From: a virus
Lineage: Duplodnaviria; Caudoviricetes
Reading direction: 5' to 3' (one strand)
Virus record (IMG/VR): IMGVR_UViG_3300021399_000002
Coordinates: 118,656-182,655 of that record
DNA length: 64,000 bases
Positions 48,969 through 57,828 of this stretch are shown piece by piece. A program made the position numbers and the translations under genes. A model generated the notes under the pieces. That model worked only from the letters and a program-made list of their open reading frames with translations, did no database searches and was not told the origin of the DNA. The first letter of the stretch is position 1. The number at the start of each line of letters is the position of its first letter.

Positions 48969-49062
48969 GCCACCAATTATTTAGGTGTCGACACCTAAAT
49001 CGAACGATTGAAACGGCATTGAGATTATGGTATAATAGGGTATCAAATGAAGGGGGAACGGA

Positions 49063-49266
49063 TTGATGGAATGGTTGCTTGGAGTCGCAGGTGGACTGAT
49101 ACTTTGCGGGCTGGCGTTTGGTTGTGTGCTTTGCAATATGTGGATTGCAGTCATAACAGCTGCGGCTGGAATCATAATAGCTGGAGCTGGAAGCTGCTAC
49201 CAAAAAGCACAAGCTGAAGCTGCTAAGCATGAGCGCTTATCTCAATATCCTTCATATAAATATTAA
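49063..49266 (+). CDS. Small membrane protein (2 TM)
   Basis: Cassette gene, hydrophobic; followed by AAGCGC-TTCG-GCGCTT hairpin. Confidence 0.7.
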   Translation: MMEWLLGVAGGLILCGLAFGCVLCNMWIAVITAAAGIIIAGAGSCYQKAQAEAAKHERLSQYPSYKY

Positions 49267-49372
49267 GCGCTTCGGCGCTTGTGCATATTTAGGTGTCTTA
49301 CACCTAAATTTTCCCCTTGACATTATACATATCTTCTTATATAATGGTATCATCAAATAAGGGAGGTACGAA

Positions 49373-49546
49373 ATGATGGCACTGTGGCAGGAATTACTCG
49401 CAAAATGGGAAAAGGAAGAATTGCCGGATGTAGATAATAATCCGTTCAATCCGGACGATGAGCCAGATTGGGACGACGAGGAAAAGGATCCTTTTGATCC
49501 TTCTGGTGAGGATCCTGTCGATTTATTCGGCGTATGGTGGGAATAA
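49373..49546 (+). CDS. 57-aa very acidic protein (not in ORF track)
   Basis: Promoter 49317, SD GGGAGG, MMALWQELLAKWEKEELPDVDNNPFNPDDEPDWDDEEKDPFD...WWE; stop in terminator loop. Confidence 0.75.
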   Translation: MMALWQELLAKWEKEELPDVDNNPFNPDDEPDWDDEEKDPFDPSGEDPVDLFGVWWE

Positions 49547-49652
49547 TTTTCCCATCATATAATTATTTAGGTGTTAAACACTTAAATATATTGCTTGACT
49601 TATACTTCTCAAACATGTATAATTAAGGCATCAAATGAGGGAGGTACTTACC

Positions 49653-49799
49653 ATGTTCTATGTAGTTGATCAGTGGGGCCAATACATTAACGAGTTCAAG
49701 TCTCGGGATGAAGCGGAACAGTTCTGTGAGAAGTGGAACAGCAAGTTCCGCTTCAGTGAATGGACAGCACCGAAGGCGACTGTGATCGAGGCGGAGTAA
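49653..49799 (+). CDS. 48-aa hypothetical protein (not in ORF track)
   Basis: Promoter, SD GGGAGG, MFYVVDQWGQYINEFKSRDEAEQFC...; stop in terminator loop. Confidence 0.75.
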   Translation: MFYVVDQWGQYINEFKSRDEAEQFCEKWNSKFRFSEWTAPKATVIEAE

Positions 49800-49916
49800 T
49801 CCGCCTTTAGTTTATTTAGGTGTTAATCACCTAAATATATGGATTGACATATATATACATATAGTGTATACTATACTTGTCCGAAGGGACAATACATAAA
49901 GAAAGAGGTAAGTACC

Positions 49917-50285
49917 ATGAAGAACAGCACTCTGATTAAACTCATCACTATCATTTGTACTTGTATCTTTGCAATCTTTGCATGTTTTCCGGTAGAAGCT
50001 GAACGAGAAGCTGCACAGGAAAAAGCTGAGCTGGAACATGGTAAGCTGTATCCAAAGCTTACGGTAGTAGTTGAGTCGATCAAAATAGATGATCTATGGC
50101 TTGTCTCTTGCCGCGACAGAGAGGATAATGTGTGGGCTTTTTGGGATGATGAAGGAAAATGGGATTATGGTGATATCGCCAATCTTCTTATGTGGGGTCT
50201 TGAAGAAGACGAGATTATTGAAGTATATTGGGAAGGATATACAGAGAATATATCACTATTCTTTCAGATCACGGAAGGGCGCTAA
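49917..50285 (+). CDS. Membrane-anchored/secreted hypothetical protein
   Basis: N-terminal signal/TM; cassette gene. Confidence 0.75.
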   Translation: MKNSTLIKLITIICTCIFAIFACFPVEAEREAAQEKAELEHGKLYPKLTVVVESIKIDDLWLVSCRDREDNVWAFWDDEGKWDYGDIANLLMWGLEEDEIIEVYWEGYTENISLFFQITEGR

Positions 50286-50412
50286 TGCGCTTTCTTTCCA
50301 ATTTAGGTGTTAAATACTTAAATAAAAGAGTTGCAATTTCATTTTTGTTTTGGTATAATTCTATCAGAAACAGGGAAGAACACAACTTCCCAAAACGAAG
50401 GAGGATTTACCA

Positions 50413-50703
50413 ATGATTACAGCACAGGAAGCAAAAAAGAATGTTGAACTTTATGAAGTTACCATTTTTCAGAAGACTCTTGAGCGTGTTATGACTCAAT
50501 TAGAAAATATTAGTACCATTATCGAATTTCATTCTAAAAATGGAAAAAGGCAAATTGTCTTTACTCCTTATGATAAATCCCATTTCCCTTCCTCTGAAAT
50601 GTTAGATATGGCCCATAAAATTTTCGATGAAATTTTAAAACGAAATGGTTATGATGTAATCGAAAATGACTATCAGAAAAATTTCCTAAAAGTCCAGTGG
50701 TAG
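50413..50703 (+). CDS. Hypothetical protein ending in TAG (stop in terminator loop)
   Basis: SD GGAGG; MITAQEAKK start; TAG lies in loop of AAGTCCAGTG/CACTGGGCTT stem. Confidence 0.75.
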   Translation: MITAQEAKKNVELYEVTIFQKTLERVMTQLENISTIIEFHSKNGKRQIVFTPYDKSHFPSSEMLDMAHKIFDEILKRNGYDVIENDYQKNFLKVQW

Positions 50704-50829
50704 CACTGGGCTTATTTCATTTTCAAATTTAGGTGTCAAACACTTAAAAATTTCTCTTGCATAATTCCCAATTCTATGATACAATTTCATTGTCCAAAGG
50801 GGACAAAGAAAAGAAAGGGGAATTTCAAA

Positions 50830-50997
50830 ATGAAAACCTATTACTGGATGCACAAAGAATATGGACATCTTGTTCCCGAAACCGAACTATATAAAGACGC
50901 GGACGAATTGGGTTATGATGATATAACAGACCCTTGCTCTGTTGAATATGGAAACTTTTCCCTTTACTACGAAAAGACATCGATTGTAGTAAAATAA
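50830..50997 (+). CDS. Small hypothetical protein
   Basis: Cassette gene; start MKTYYW after SD AAGGGG. Confidence 0.7.
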   Translation: MKTYYWMHKEYGHLVPETELYKDADELGYDDITDPCSVEYGNFSLYYEKTSIVVK

Positions 50998-51137
50998 TCC
51001 CGAAACTGGCATTCGCGCCAGTTTCATTTTCAAATTTAGGTGTTAGACACATAAATTTATCTATTGCATAATTCCCATATCTATGAGATAATACTATTGT
51101 CCAAAAGGACAATTTGAAAATGAAAAGGAGAAAACAC

Positions 51138-51320
51138 ATGAAAATTATTCTTAAATATCAGGCACCCGAAACCCAGATTGACGCTTACAAGTTTTCTGCT
51201 GTTTATGATGAAACCGAAATCTCCGAAGCGGTTGAAGAACTACAGGCCGCAAGAAAATATGGATATGAAATCACAATGTGGACACTTGTTCATGAAGAGG
51301 ACGTGGAACGCGCCCTCTAA
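51138..51320 (+). CDS. Small hypothetical protein
   Basis: Cassette gene; SD AAGGAG. Confidence 0.7.
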   Translation: MKIILKYQAPETQIDAYKFSAVYDETEISEAVEELQAARKYGYEITMWTLVHEEDVERAL

Positions 51321-51419
51321 TTTCCTTCTCAAATTTAAGTGTTAAACACCTAACTTTTCCTCTTGAATCTCATATCATTCTATGCTATAATAAGGCATCA
51401 AATGAAGGAGGCGCTAACC

Positions 51420-51728
51420 ATGATTAACATTCGGACGATTCGCAAATTGCAGGAAAATGACGGACTCACTCTGAAAGCCGGGAAAATCATTACCTATAAA
51501 TCCGGTTGGCAGGTTGCTGACTATGGTTACGAGCTGGCCACAGCTGAGGAAGCTATCGCCTGCGTCCGCAAGCTGGGCGGTAACTGCGGCATCTGGTACG
51601 CCGGTGGCATCTACTATATTGATCATTCTTTCCGAATCAGCACAAAACGGGAAGCATTAGAAATTGGCCGCAAGTTTTCCCAAATTTCAATTTTTGGATG
51701 GAAAACACAGAAACTTGCCTATTGCTAA
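51420..51728 (+). CDS. Hypothetical protein
   Basis: Cassette gene; SD AAGGAGG; G.W...G.YY.D...QISIF pattern seen in phage proteins. Confidence 0.75.
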   Translation: MINIRTIRKLQENDGLTLKAGKIITYKSGWQVADYGYELATAEEAIACVRKLGGNCGIWYAGGIYYIDHSFRISTKREALEIGRKFSQISIFGWKTQKLAYC

Positions 51729-51855
51729 ACACCGCGCCCGAAATTGGGCGCAATTTCATTTTAAAATATTTAGGTGTTTGACACATAAATATATATCTTG
51801 ATATTTCCGAAAATGTATGTTAAAATTAGGTATCAAATGAAGGAGGTCGGGTAGC

Positions 51856-52038
51856 ATGGCGATGGTCAATCTTGTATGGTACAAAACAGAAGACGGACAG
51901 TGGGCATTATGGGGTGTATATTCTAATCTCGATGCTGCTTGTACTGCGTTCGACCGCATTCTTAAAGAAGGGTACGGAGTCGAAGCGAGAATTAATAGCG
52001 AGCATGTAAACGATGGAACCAATCCTGACTGGTGGTAA
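51856..52038 (+). CDS. Small hypothetical protein
   Basis: Cassette gene; SD AGGAGG. Confidence 0.7.
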   Translation: MAMVNLVWYKTEDGQWALWGVYSNLDAACTAFDRILKEGYGVEARINSEHVNDGTNPDWW

Positions 52039-52181
52039 TCATAAGTAGGCGCAAGCCTACTTTATTTTATTTTAGATTACTTATGTGTTAAACACCTAAA
52101 TATTACTCTTGTAATTTTCCCATAATTATGTTATTATATACTTGTCCCAAGGGACAATAAAAATAGAAAAGGGGAAACATT

Positions 52182-52340
52182 ATGAATACTATTTCTTATA
52201 CCTATCGGACCGAGCGTATTGATACCCGCAATTTCCATGGGTGGATTGTCTTTGAATGCGTTGACGGATACGAAGAGGAAATTTTTTCCAGTATCTCACT
52301 TAACGAGGTAAAGGCATTCATGCGCGATCTCGGCGCATGA
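52182..52340 (+). CDS. 52-aa hypothetical protein (not in ORF track)
   Basis: Cassette gene; SD AAGGGG; MNTISYTYRTERIDTRNFHGWIVF... Confidence 0.7.
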   Translation: MNTISYTYRTERIDTRNFHGWIVFECVDGYEEEIFSSISLNEVKAFMRDLGA

Positions 52341-52458
52341 TACCTTTATATTTAGGTGTCATACACCTAAATCAAATCTTGACAAATCAATATAAAAAAT
52401 GTTATAATTCCTTTGGAACCAAGGAACAAAGGATAAAAGAAAGAGAGGAACAAAGAAC

Positions 52459-52698
52459 ATGAAAACCACAGTGAGAGCAACCGTTATTATCCCCGATTCC
52501 TATGTAACAATCCAGCGCCTTTATGATGATGGTGTATCTTTTAGACTGGAAAAGGAAGTCAAGACGGGACATGAGGCCGCTAATTTTATTGATAGGTTGT
52601 GTGCGGCTGGCGGGAAAATGGTTGATGTGCATGAGTTTATTGATGATGATGATTTCAAGAATAAACTTTGTGCGCGGTTTGAGTATATTTCAGAATAA
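52459..52698 (+). CDS. Small hypothetical protein
   Basis: Cassette gene; SD GAGGA. Confidence 0.7.
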   Translation: MKTTVRATVIIPDSYVTIQRLYDDGVSFRLEKEVKTGHEAANFIDRLCAAGGKMVDVHEFIDDDDFKNKLCARFEYISE

Positions 52699-52834
52699 GG
52701 CCCACAGGCCTTATTTTGTTTCATTTCAGATTTAGGTGTTAAACACCTAACTATTACTCTTGACTTCTACTCCCATTTCTGTTAATATATACTTGTCCGA
52801 AGGGGACAGAGATAAGAAAGAGAGGAATTGAACA

Positions 52835-53077
52835 GTGAAGAAGTACATGGCGGTCAGACTGACTATTTGCGAAGGCACCTCTATCCATGGTGCCCACCTC
52901 TATTATTCCGATGAGGAGCTGGGGCTGGAAATTTCTACCAAGCTGTCTTATAATGATGGCATGAAACAGCTTCGTAAGCTGGAAAAGCTCCTGGGCAAAA
53001 CCGCAACAATGACGATCAATCAGTTTGATCGGAGCATTGCTTACAAGGAACTGTACGGATTCTTCGGCCGGGAGTAA
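52835..53077 (+). CDS. Small hypothetical protein (GTG start)
   Basis: Cassette gene; stop in terminator loop. Confidence 0.7.
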   Translation: MKKYMAVRLTICEGTSIHGAHLYYSDEELGLEISTKLSYNDGMKQLRKLEKLLGKTATMTINQFDRSIAYKELYGFFGRE

Positions 53078-53203
53078 TCCCGGTTTTCTTATTTATTTAG
53101 GTGTTAAACACCTAAATATACCCATTGACATATAATATAGATTGTGATAATATATAATTGTTCCAAGGGGAACGAAATAAAAGAAAGAGTGAGGTAAAAG
53201 AAC

Positions 53204-53491
53204 ATGGCACGGTATCTGTACAGCAAGGTGGTCGCAGGACATGAGTACGCACAGGCGCAGGAAAACTTTTTCGATGACGGCACAGTGCAGCTGCAAAGCT
53301 ACAGCACAATCGTTATTGAGATTAGCCCGGACGGCTGGCTCTCTTGCACGGGCACCTATAGTATGACCACGATTAAGCACATCGGTTGGTTCATGCGGGC
53401 AAGGGGCATGTCCTATCAGCTGGCAAAGCTCATGTATCTTGAGCACAAGGAATTCAACATCAACACTGGCGAGTGCCGGAACCGGGGCTAA
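53204..53491 (+). CDS. Phage hypothetical protein (LQSYxT..YSxTTxKH family)
   Basis: Cassette gene; recognisable widespread phage motif. Confidence 0.75.
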   Translation: MARYLYSKVVAGHEYAQAQENFFDDGTVQLQSYSTIVIEISPDGWLSCTGTYSMTTIKHIGWFMRARGMSYQLAKLMYLEHKEFNINTGECRNRG

Positions 53492-53600
53492 TGCCCCGGT
53501 TTTATTTTATTCTAATTTAGGTGTTAAACACCTAATTCTACCTCTTGAGATTTCTCATAGAGTATGATATACTATAATCACTCCAAAGGGAGTAGAAAGG

Positions 53601-53849
53601 ATGGAAACCATCATGAATAAGCTTTTTGTGAACCTGACCATTGTTAACTACAGCGATAACGGATATCTCCGCTGTGAGCTTCGTACCATCATTGATGGCG
53701 GTGATGTAATCACTTACAAGCTGGAGCCCTCTGCTGCGATGGAGCTGATGTGGGAGCTGAAACGCCTCGGCGGCAAGAAGCAGATGTATGTCAACCAGTA
53801 CAATCCTTACATCAACTATCGGGAAGTTGACCTTTGGCTTAAAAAGTAA
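53601..53849 (+). CDS. Small hypothetical protein
   Basis: Cassette gene. Confidence 0.7.
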   Translation: METIMNKLFVNLTIVNYSDNGYLRCELRTIIDGGDVITYKLEPSAAMELMWELKRLGGKKQMYVNQYNPYINYREVDLWLKK

Positions 53850-53975
53850 GAATAGGGGAGATTCCTCCCCCTATTTTATTTAGGTGTTAAACACCTAAGT
53901 TTACTTATTGACTTTATATATGTAATATGATAGTATACTATTGTACCAAAGAGGTACAGAAAGAGAGGAAAGAAT

Positions 53976-54206
53976 ATGAGAATCGGAAGGACTATCATTG
54001 ATACGGACAACATGAGCATCGAGGATATGGATGTCATCATCAAGGAATTGCGCGCAATTCGTGCACGCAAGGCAAAGGCGGAAGAACTGAAAACCCGTAT
54101 GGCCGAACTGATCGCCGAAGCAAAGGAACACGGTTTCACCTTTATTGATAAGGATTTCGGACAGGTATGGATGGGTGACGATGTAGAACTCTATGATGAA
54201 CGGTAA
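53976..54206 (+). CDS. Small coiled-coil hypothetical protein
   Basis: Cassette gene; SD GAGGA. Confidence 0.7.
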   Translation: MRIGRTIIDTDNMSIEDMDVIIKELRAIRARKAKAEELKTRMAELIAEAKEHGFTFIDKDFGQVWMGDDVELYDER

Positions 54207-54338
54207 TTCCAATTAGCGCCAATTGGCGCTTTAACTTATTTAGGTGTTAAACACCTAAAACCGTCTCTTGACTTTCTATTATAATATGCTATAATGATAT
54301 TGTCCTCAAAGAGAGGAACACGAAAGGAGATTGAAACC

Positions 54339-54578
54339 ATGTACATGTTCTATGCCGATCGCACTGGTTGGATTCCCATGGGAAACGATGGACAGTTGGT
54401 TGTTCCGAAGAGCATCAAGTCTCGCCGTGCCCTGCTGAAGCTGGCTGAAAGCTTCCTGGGTAAAAGAGCTGGCAGGGTGTATCTAATGAACAGCTGGACA
54501 CAAGCCATGAGCGAGCTGGGGCCTCGTGCCTTTGAAGAGTATATCGCACGCAACGGAGAGGTTGTGATGTATAAATGA
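54339..54578 (+). CDS. Small hypothetical protein
   Basis: Cassette gene; SD AAGGAG. Confidence 0.7.
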   Translation: MYMFYADRTGWIPMGNDGQLVVPKSIKSRRALLKLAESFLGKRAGRVYLMNSWTQAMSELGPRAFEEYIARNGEVVMYK

Positions 54579-54731
54579 TTATCTGTTTTGAATTATCTCG
54601 TCCACCGCCCTTCGGTGACCGCCAAAGGCGGTTATTCTATTTCGGTATTTAAGTGTTAAACACCTAAAAATATGCGTTGACTTCTATCCCGTAATATGAT
54701 ATTATAATGGTGTCGAAAGGAGGAAGGGTAG

Positions 54732-54866
54732 ATGATTCCACCGGGTTAGACTTCCCAAGGTTACGGGTTGGTACCGGACTGGCGGGATTCATACTTGTCG
54801 CAACCAACTGCCGTCAACCTGCCGCGGCGAAGCAGATTGATGAAATTGAGCCAAGTAGCGGACTGA
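54732..54866 (+). CDS. Candidate 44-aa read-through microgene (MIPPG-TAG-TSQG...), or ncRNA
   Basis: SD AGGAGG 8 nt before ATG; TAG at codon 6; next stop TGA lies in the cassette terminator loop. Confidence 0.45.
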
Positions 54867-55070
54867 TCACCCGCTATTTTTTACACTGTCATTTAGGTGT
54901 TAAACACTTAATTTTATTACTTGCTTTTTAATATAAATTATGGTAATATAATCTTGCGGAAAGGAAGAGGGACTTCAATCCGAAGTGAGCAACCCCATGG
55001 ACTAACCCACCAAGCCCTCAAAGGCCACGAGGATGGAGTTGTGTAGCTCAAATAAAATATATTGGAGGAT

Positions 55071-55310
55071 ATGTTCATGACCATGATGATTGAAAAGAAG
55101 CTGAGAGATTTTAATTTCTGGGGCGGAGCTGCTACAAATGCCGCAAAATTAACTTATGATGAGTTAGACCAGCTGGAAGATATCTATGAAAGCAACGATC
55201 CTGATTATACCCCCACTGTATCTGAAATCAATGATGATATGTGGTTCGGCTTTGAAGCAATTTGTGAATGGTTGGGACTTGATTATGAGGAAGTGATGGC
55301 AAGGAAGTAA
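55071..55310 (+). CDS. Acidic phage hypothetical protein (FxFWGGA..EINDxxWF..EWLG family)
   Basis: SD GGAGG; stop in terminator loop. Confidence 0.75.
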   Translation: MFMTMMIEKKLRDFNFWGGAATNAAKLTYDELDQLEDIYESNDPDYTPTVSEINDDMWFGFEAICEWLGLDYEEVMARK

Positions 55311-55426
55311 TTCCTTGCCCTATTTTTAATTTAGGTGTTTAACACCTAACTTTAGTCATTGACTTCTACCCTAACTTATGGTATATTATACTTGTTCCAA
55401 GGGGAACAGAAAGGAAGGAAACGAAG

Positions 55427-55651
55427 ATGATTAAGATCACGAAGTCTCACGCACGCACGCTGTATAATGCCGGAAAGGAAATCATGATTTTGCCCAACAA
55501 GATGAGGACAGATTCCTTTATGGCAAGCTGGACGACCAAACCTGAAAATGACCCCAGCGCCGATTTTGACAAGCTGTGTAATGCTATTTCTTATTACAAC
55601 TGCTCCCCCGAGACTGGTATGGGGCTGGCCTACTATGTAAAGGAGATGTAA
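55427..55651 (+). CDS. Small hypothetical protein
   Basis: Cassette gene; YYNC..ETG signature. Confidence 0.7.
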   Translation: MIKITKSHARTLYNAGKEIMILPNKMRTDSFMASWTTKPENDPSADFDKLCNAISYYNCSPETGMGLAYYVKEM

Positions 55652-55654
55652 GCT

Positions 55655-55846
55655 ATGAACGAGCTGCATGAGAAGCTGATTGACGCTGCCGAAACGGCAT
55701 ATAACCAGATAAAGGAAATCATTGAAGATCATCACTGTCCCATCGAAGACTGTTTTCCCGCTGCCATTGGACGCTGTGTTATTATTGACGGGACTATCTA
55801 TCAGATGTATGTAGATATCACCGTGAAAAAGGTAACCGGGGTATAA
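55655..55846 (+). CDS. Small hypothetical protein
   Basis: Second gene of cassette; SD AAGGAG; stop in terminator loop. Confidence 0.7.
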   Translation: MNELHEKLIDAAETAYNQIKEIIEDHHCPIEDCFPAAIGRCVIIDGTIYQMYVDITVKKVTGV

Positions 55847-56065
55847 CCCCGGTTTATTTCATAATAGAATTTAAGTGTTAAACACCTAATTTTCTTTATT
55901 GACTATAATCCTATAATATGGTATGATATCAGTGTTGAAGGACGGGTTCAAGAGCATGAACCTTAAAGCAATTAGCAGAACGCAATTGTTTGAAAGTAGC
56001 CACCACGCGCGAGGATATATGAACTGAAGCGAAATTGCCGCCCTTATCTAATTCTGAAGGGAGTA

Positions 56066-56296
56066 ATGAAGATGAATGAACTGTATGTGCTGATGAGAGA
56101 TGACGAACTCGTTGGAGTTTACACTACACATCGAAAGGCTACGCAGGCACTAATTCTTGATACCATGAAAGATGACATGAAACTGAATGACTACCATTTT
56201 GAATTCGGAGTTGAGTTCTTTGATTATATCGGCCCGAAGTCCGGCGGACACTTTGTGTGGGAAATTCAGGAAGTTACACCCGATAATCGGGTGTGA
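56066..56296 (+). CDS. Small hypothetical protein
   Basis: SD GGGAG after long leader. Confidence 0.7.
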   Translation: MKMNELYVLMRDDELVGVYTTHRKATQALILDTMKDDMKLNDYHFEFGVEFFDYIGPKSGGHFVWEIQEVTPDNRV

Positions 56297-56396
56297 TTTC
56301 ACTTTCATCTGATTTAGGTGTTAAACACCTATATCCGAATATTGACTTTCCCATTACTTCATGGTATCATATAACCATGAAAGGGAGGTATTGAAC

Positions 56397-56729
56397 ATGA
56401 AGGAACAGATGACTTACCATGTGGCAGTTCAAAGAGCGGAAAGAGTTAAGCATATTATTGAAGATGTGGGTCTGGGCCAGATTGTCAAAGAGAAGTATAC
56501 TCGATTTAATCTTGACCAAGCTGGACGCTGGATTTGTATAACTGATACTGGTATCACCATTATCAAGGATGAACCCAAGGAAAAAATTATTACCATGTAT
56601 GTTACCACACAAAGGGAGCTGGTAGCTGTCTTTGGTGGAGCAAATAAAGTTCCTGCTTTCCTGCGTAAGAAGGTCGACCATAATCAGAGTAAGTACACTG
56701 AAAGGGGTAAAACGATATGGAGAAGCTGA
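56397..56729 (+). CDS. Hypothetical protein
   Basis: SD GGGAGG; ITDTG..II..IITMY pattern. Confidence 0.7.
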   Translation: MKEQMTYHVAVQRAERVKHIIEDVGLGQIVKEKYTRFNLDQAGRWICITDTGITIIKDEPKEKIITMYVTTQRELVAVFGGANKVPAFLRKKVDHNQSKYTERGKTIWRS

Positions 56730-57007
56730 ATAGATGGGCTGGGAGTAAGAAAAGCTACGCTAACGACAGAAGGCGGCTGAACCGCCTTCTGAAAAAGGCT
56801 GGTATTGTATTTAAATGGGAACCGATATGGGATGGATATAAGTGGACTTTTCCGCAATCTGCCTATCCAAATGGAGATGCAGTTATCCATAATTTTTCCT
56901 ATTGGAATGACTTAGGCTACTTTGAAACTTTGAACATCGGTCCGGAGAAAGAGTGCACTCCGCGTACCGCACGGGAACTCGTAGAATTACTCCGTCCAAC
57001 GGAGTAA
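56717..57007 (+). CDS. Hypothetical protein
   Basis: Overlaps previous gene; H..SY...G..ET pattern. Confidence 0.7.
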   Translation: MEKLNRWAGSKKSYANDRRRLNRLLKKAGIVFKWEPIWDGYKWTFPQSAYPNGDAVIHNFSYWNDLGYFETLNIGPEKECTPRTARELVELLRPTE

Positions 57008-57090
57008 TTATAATTTAGGTGTTAAACACCTAATTTTATTATTTGACTTTCGTATAATTTTATTATATAATGCTAATGTAAGGAGGGGAT

Positions 57091-57246
57091 ATGATGAGTA
57101 AGAAGAAAAACCCAAAACAAAAAACATGGGTTGAAGTTTTCCAGTCTGAACGCAAGGAATTTCCGCAAGGATATTGCGTTACTCGCATTATCCCCGACAA
57201 GCGCAATAAGAAACCGAAGCACAAGGAAAGGGAGCTGGAAGAATGA
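57091..57246 (+). CDS. 51-aa basic protein (not in ORF track)
   Basis: SD AGGAGG; MMSKKKNPKQKTW...TRIIPDKRNKKPKHKERELEE. Confidence 0.7.
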   Translation: MMSKKKNPKQKTWVEVFQSERKEFPQGYCVTRIIPDKRNKKPKHKERELEE

Positions 57247-57407
57247 GACCTTATCATATTTATCAAATCACAAGAGATGATAAAATTCTCTATGCTTGTT
57301 TTCGGACAAAAGAAGCCGCTGAAATGGCTTTAGAAACATTAAAGCGCAGAGAAAAACAATATCCTAAGTGGCTTCGAGCAATATATACTTTGGAGGAAGT
57401 ACGATGA
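57243..57407 (+). CDS. 54-aa hypothetical protein (not in ORF track)
   Basis: ATGA overlaps on both sides. Confidence 0.65.
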   Translation: MRPYHIYQITRDDKILYACFRTKEAAEMALETLKRREKQYPKWLRAIYTLEEVR

Positions 57408-57565
57408 AATATAAATGGGTAATCATGCAGGAACTTGAAGATACCGATTGCGCGAATCCTTATTTGATTGTAGATACGGAAGAGCGCGCCGAAGAACTAT
57501 GCTACAAGTTGGAATCCGAAAATCCGGGCTTTATCTTCTGGTCATATATGTGCGGAGAGGAATAA
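57404..57565 (+). CDS. Small hypothetical protein
   Basis: SD GGAGG; stop in terminator loop. Confidence 0.7.
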   Translation: MKYKWVIMQELEDTDCANPYLIVDTEERAEELCYKLESENPGFIFWSYMCGEE

Positions 57566-57678
57566 TTTCCTCTTCAATAATTTAAGTGTTAAACACCTAA
57601 ACTTATTGTTTGACATTCCCATAATTATATGATAAGATATCATTGTTCCAAGGGGAACACGAAAGGAGATTGAAAGAT

Positions 57679-57825
57679 ATGAATACTCTGTATGCGGTTA
57701 AAAACTTTGGAAAGTATCATTTCTTCAAGACCGAAGCGCTTCGTCAGGCGTATCTGGATACCCTCTCTGAGTGGGAGCTGAAATACTGTGAATCCTATGA
57801 AGTGCGTTATGGAAAGGTGGCATAA
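57679..57825 (+). CDS. Small hypothetical protein
   Basis: SD AAGGAG. Confidence 0.65.
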   Translation: MNTLYAVKNFGKYHFFKTEALRQAYLDTLSEWELKYCESYEVRYGKVA

Positions 57826-57828
57826 GCT

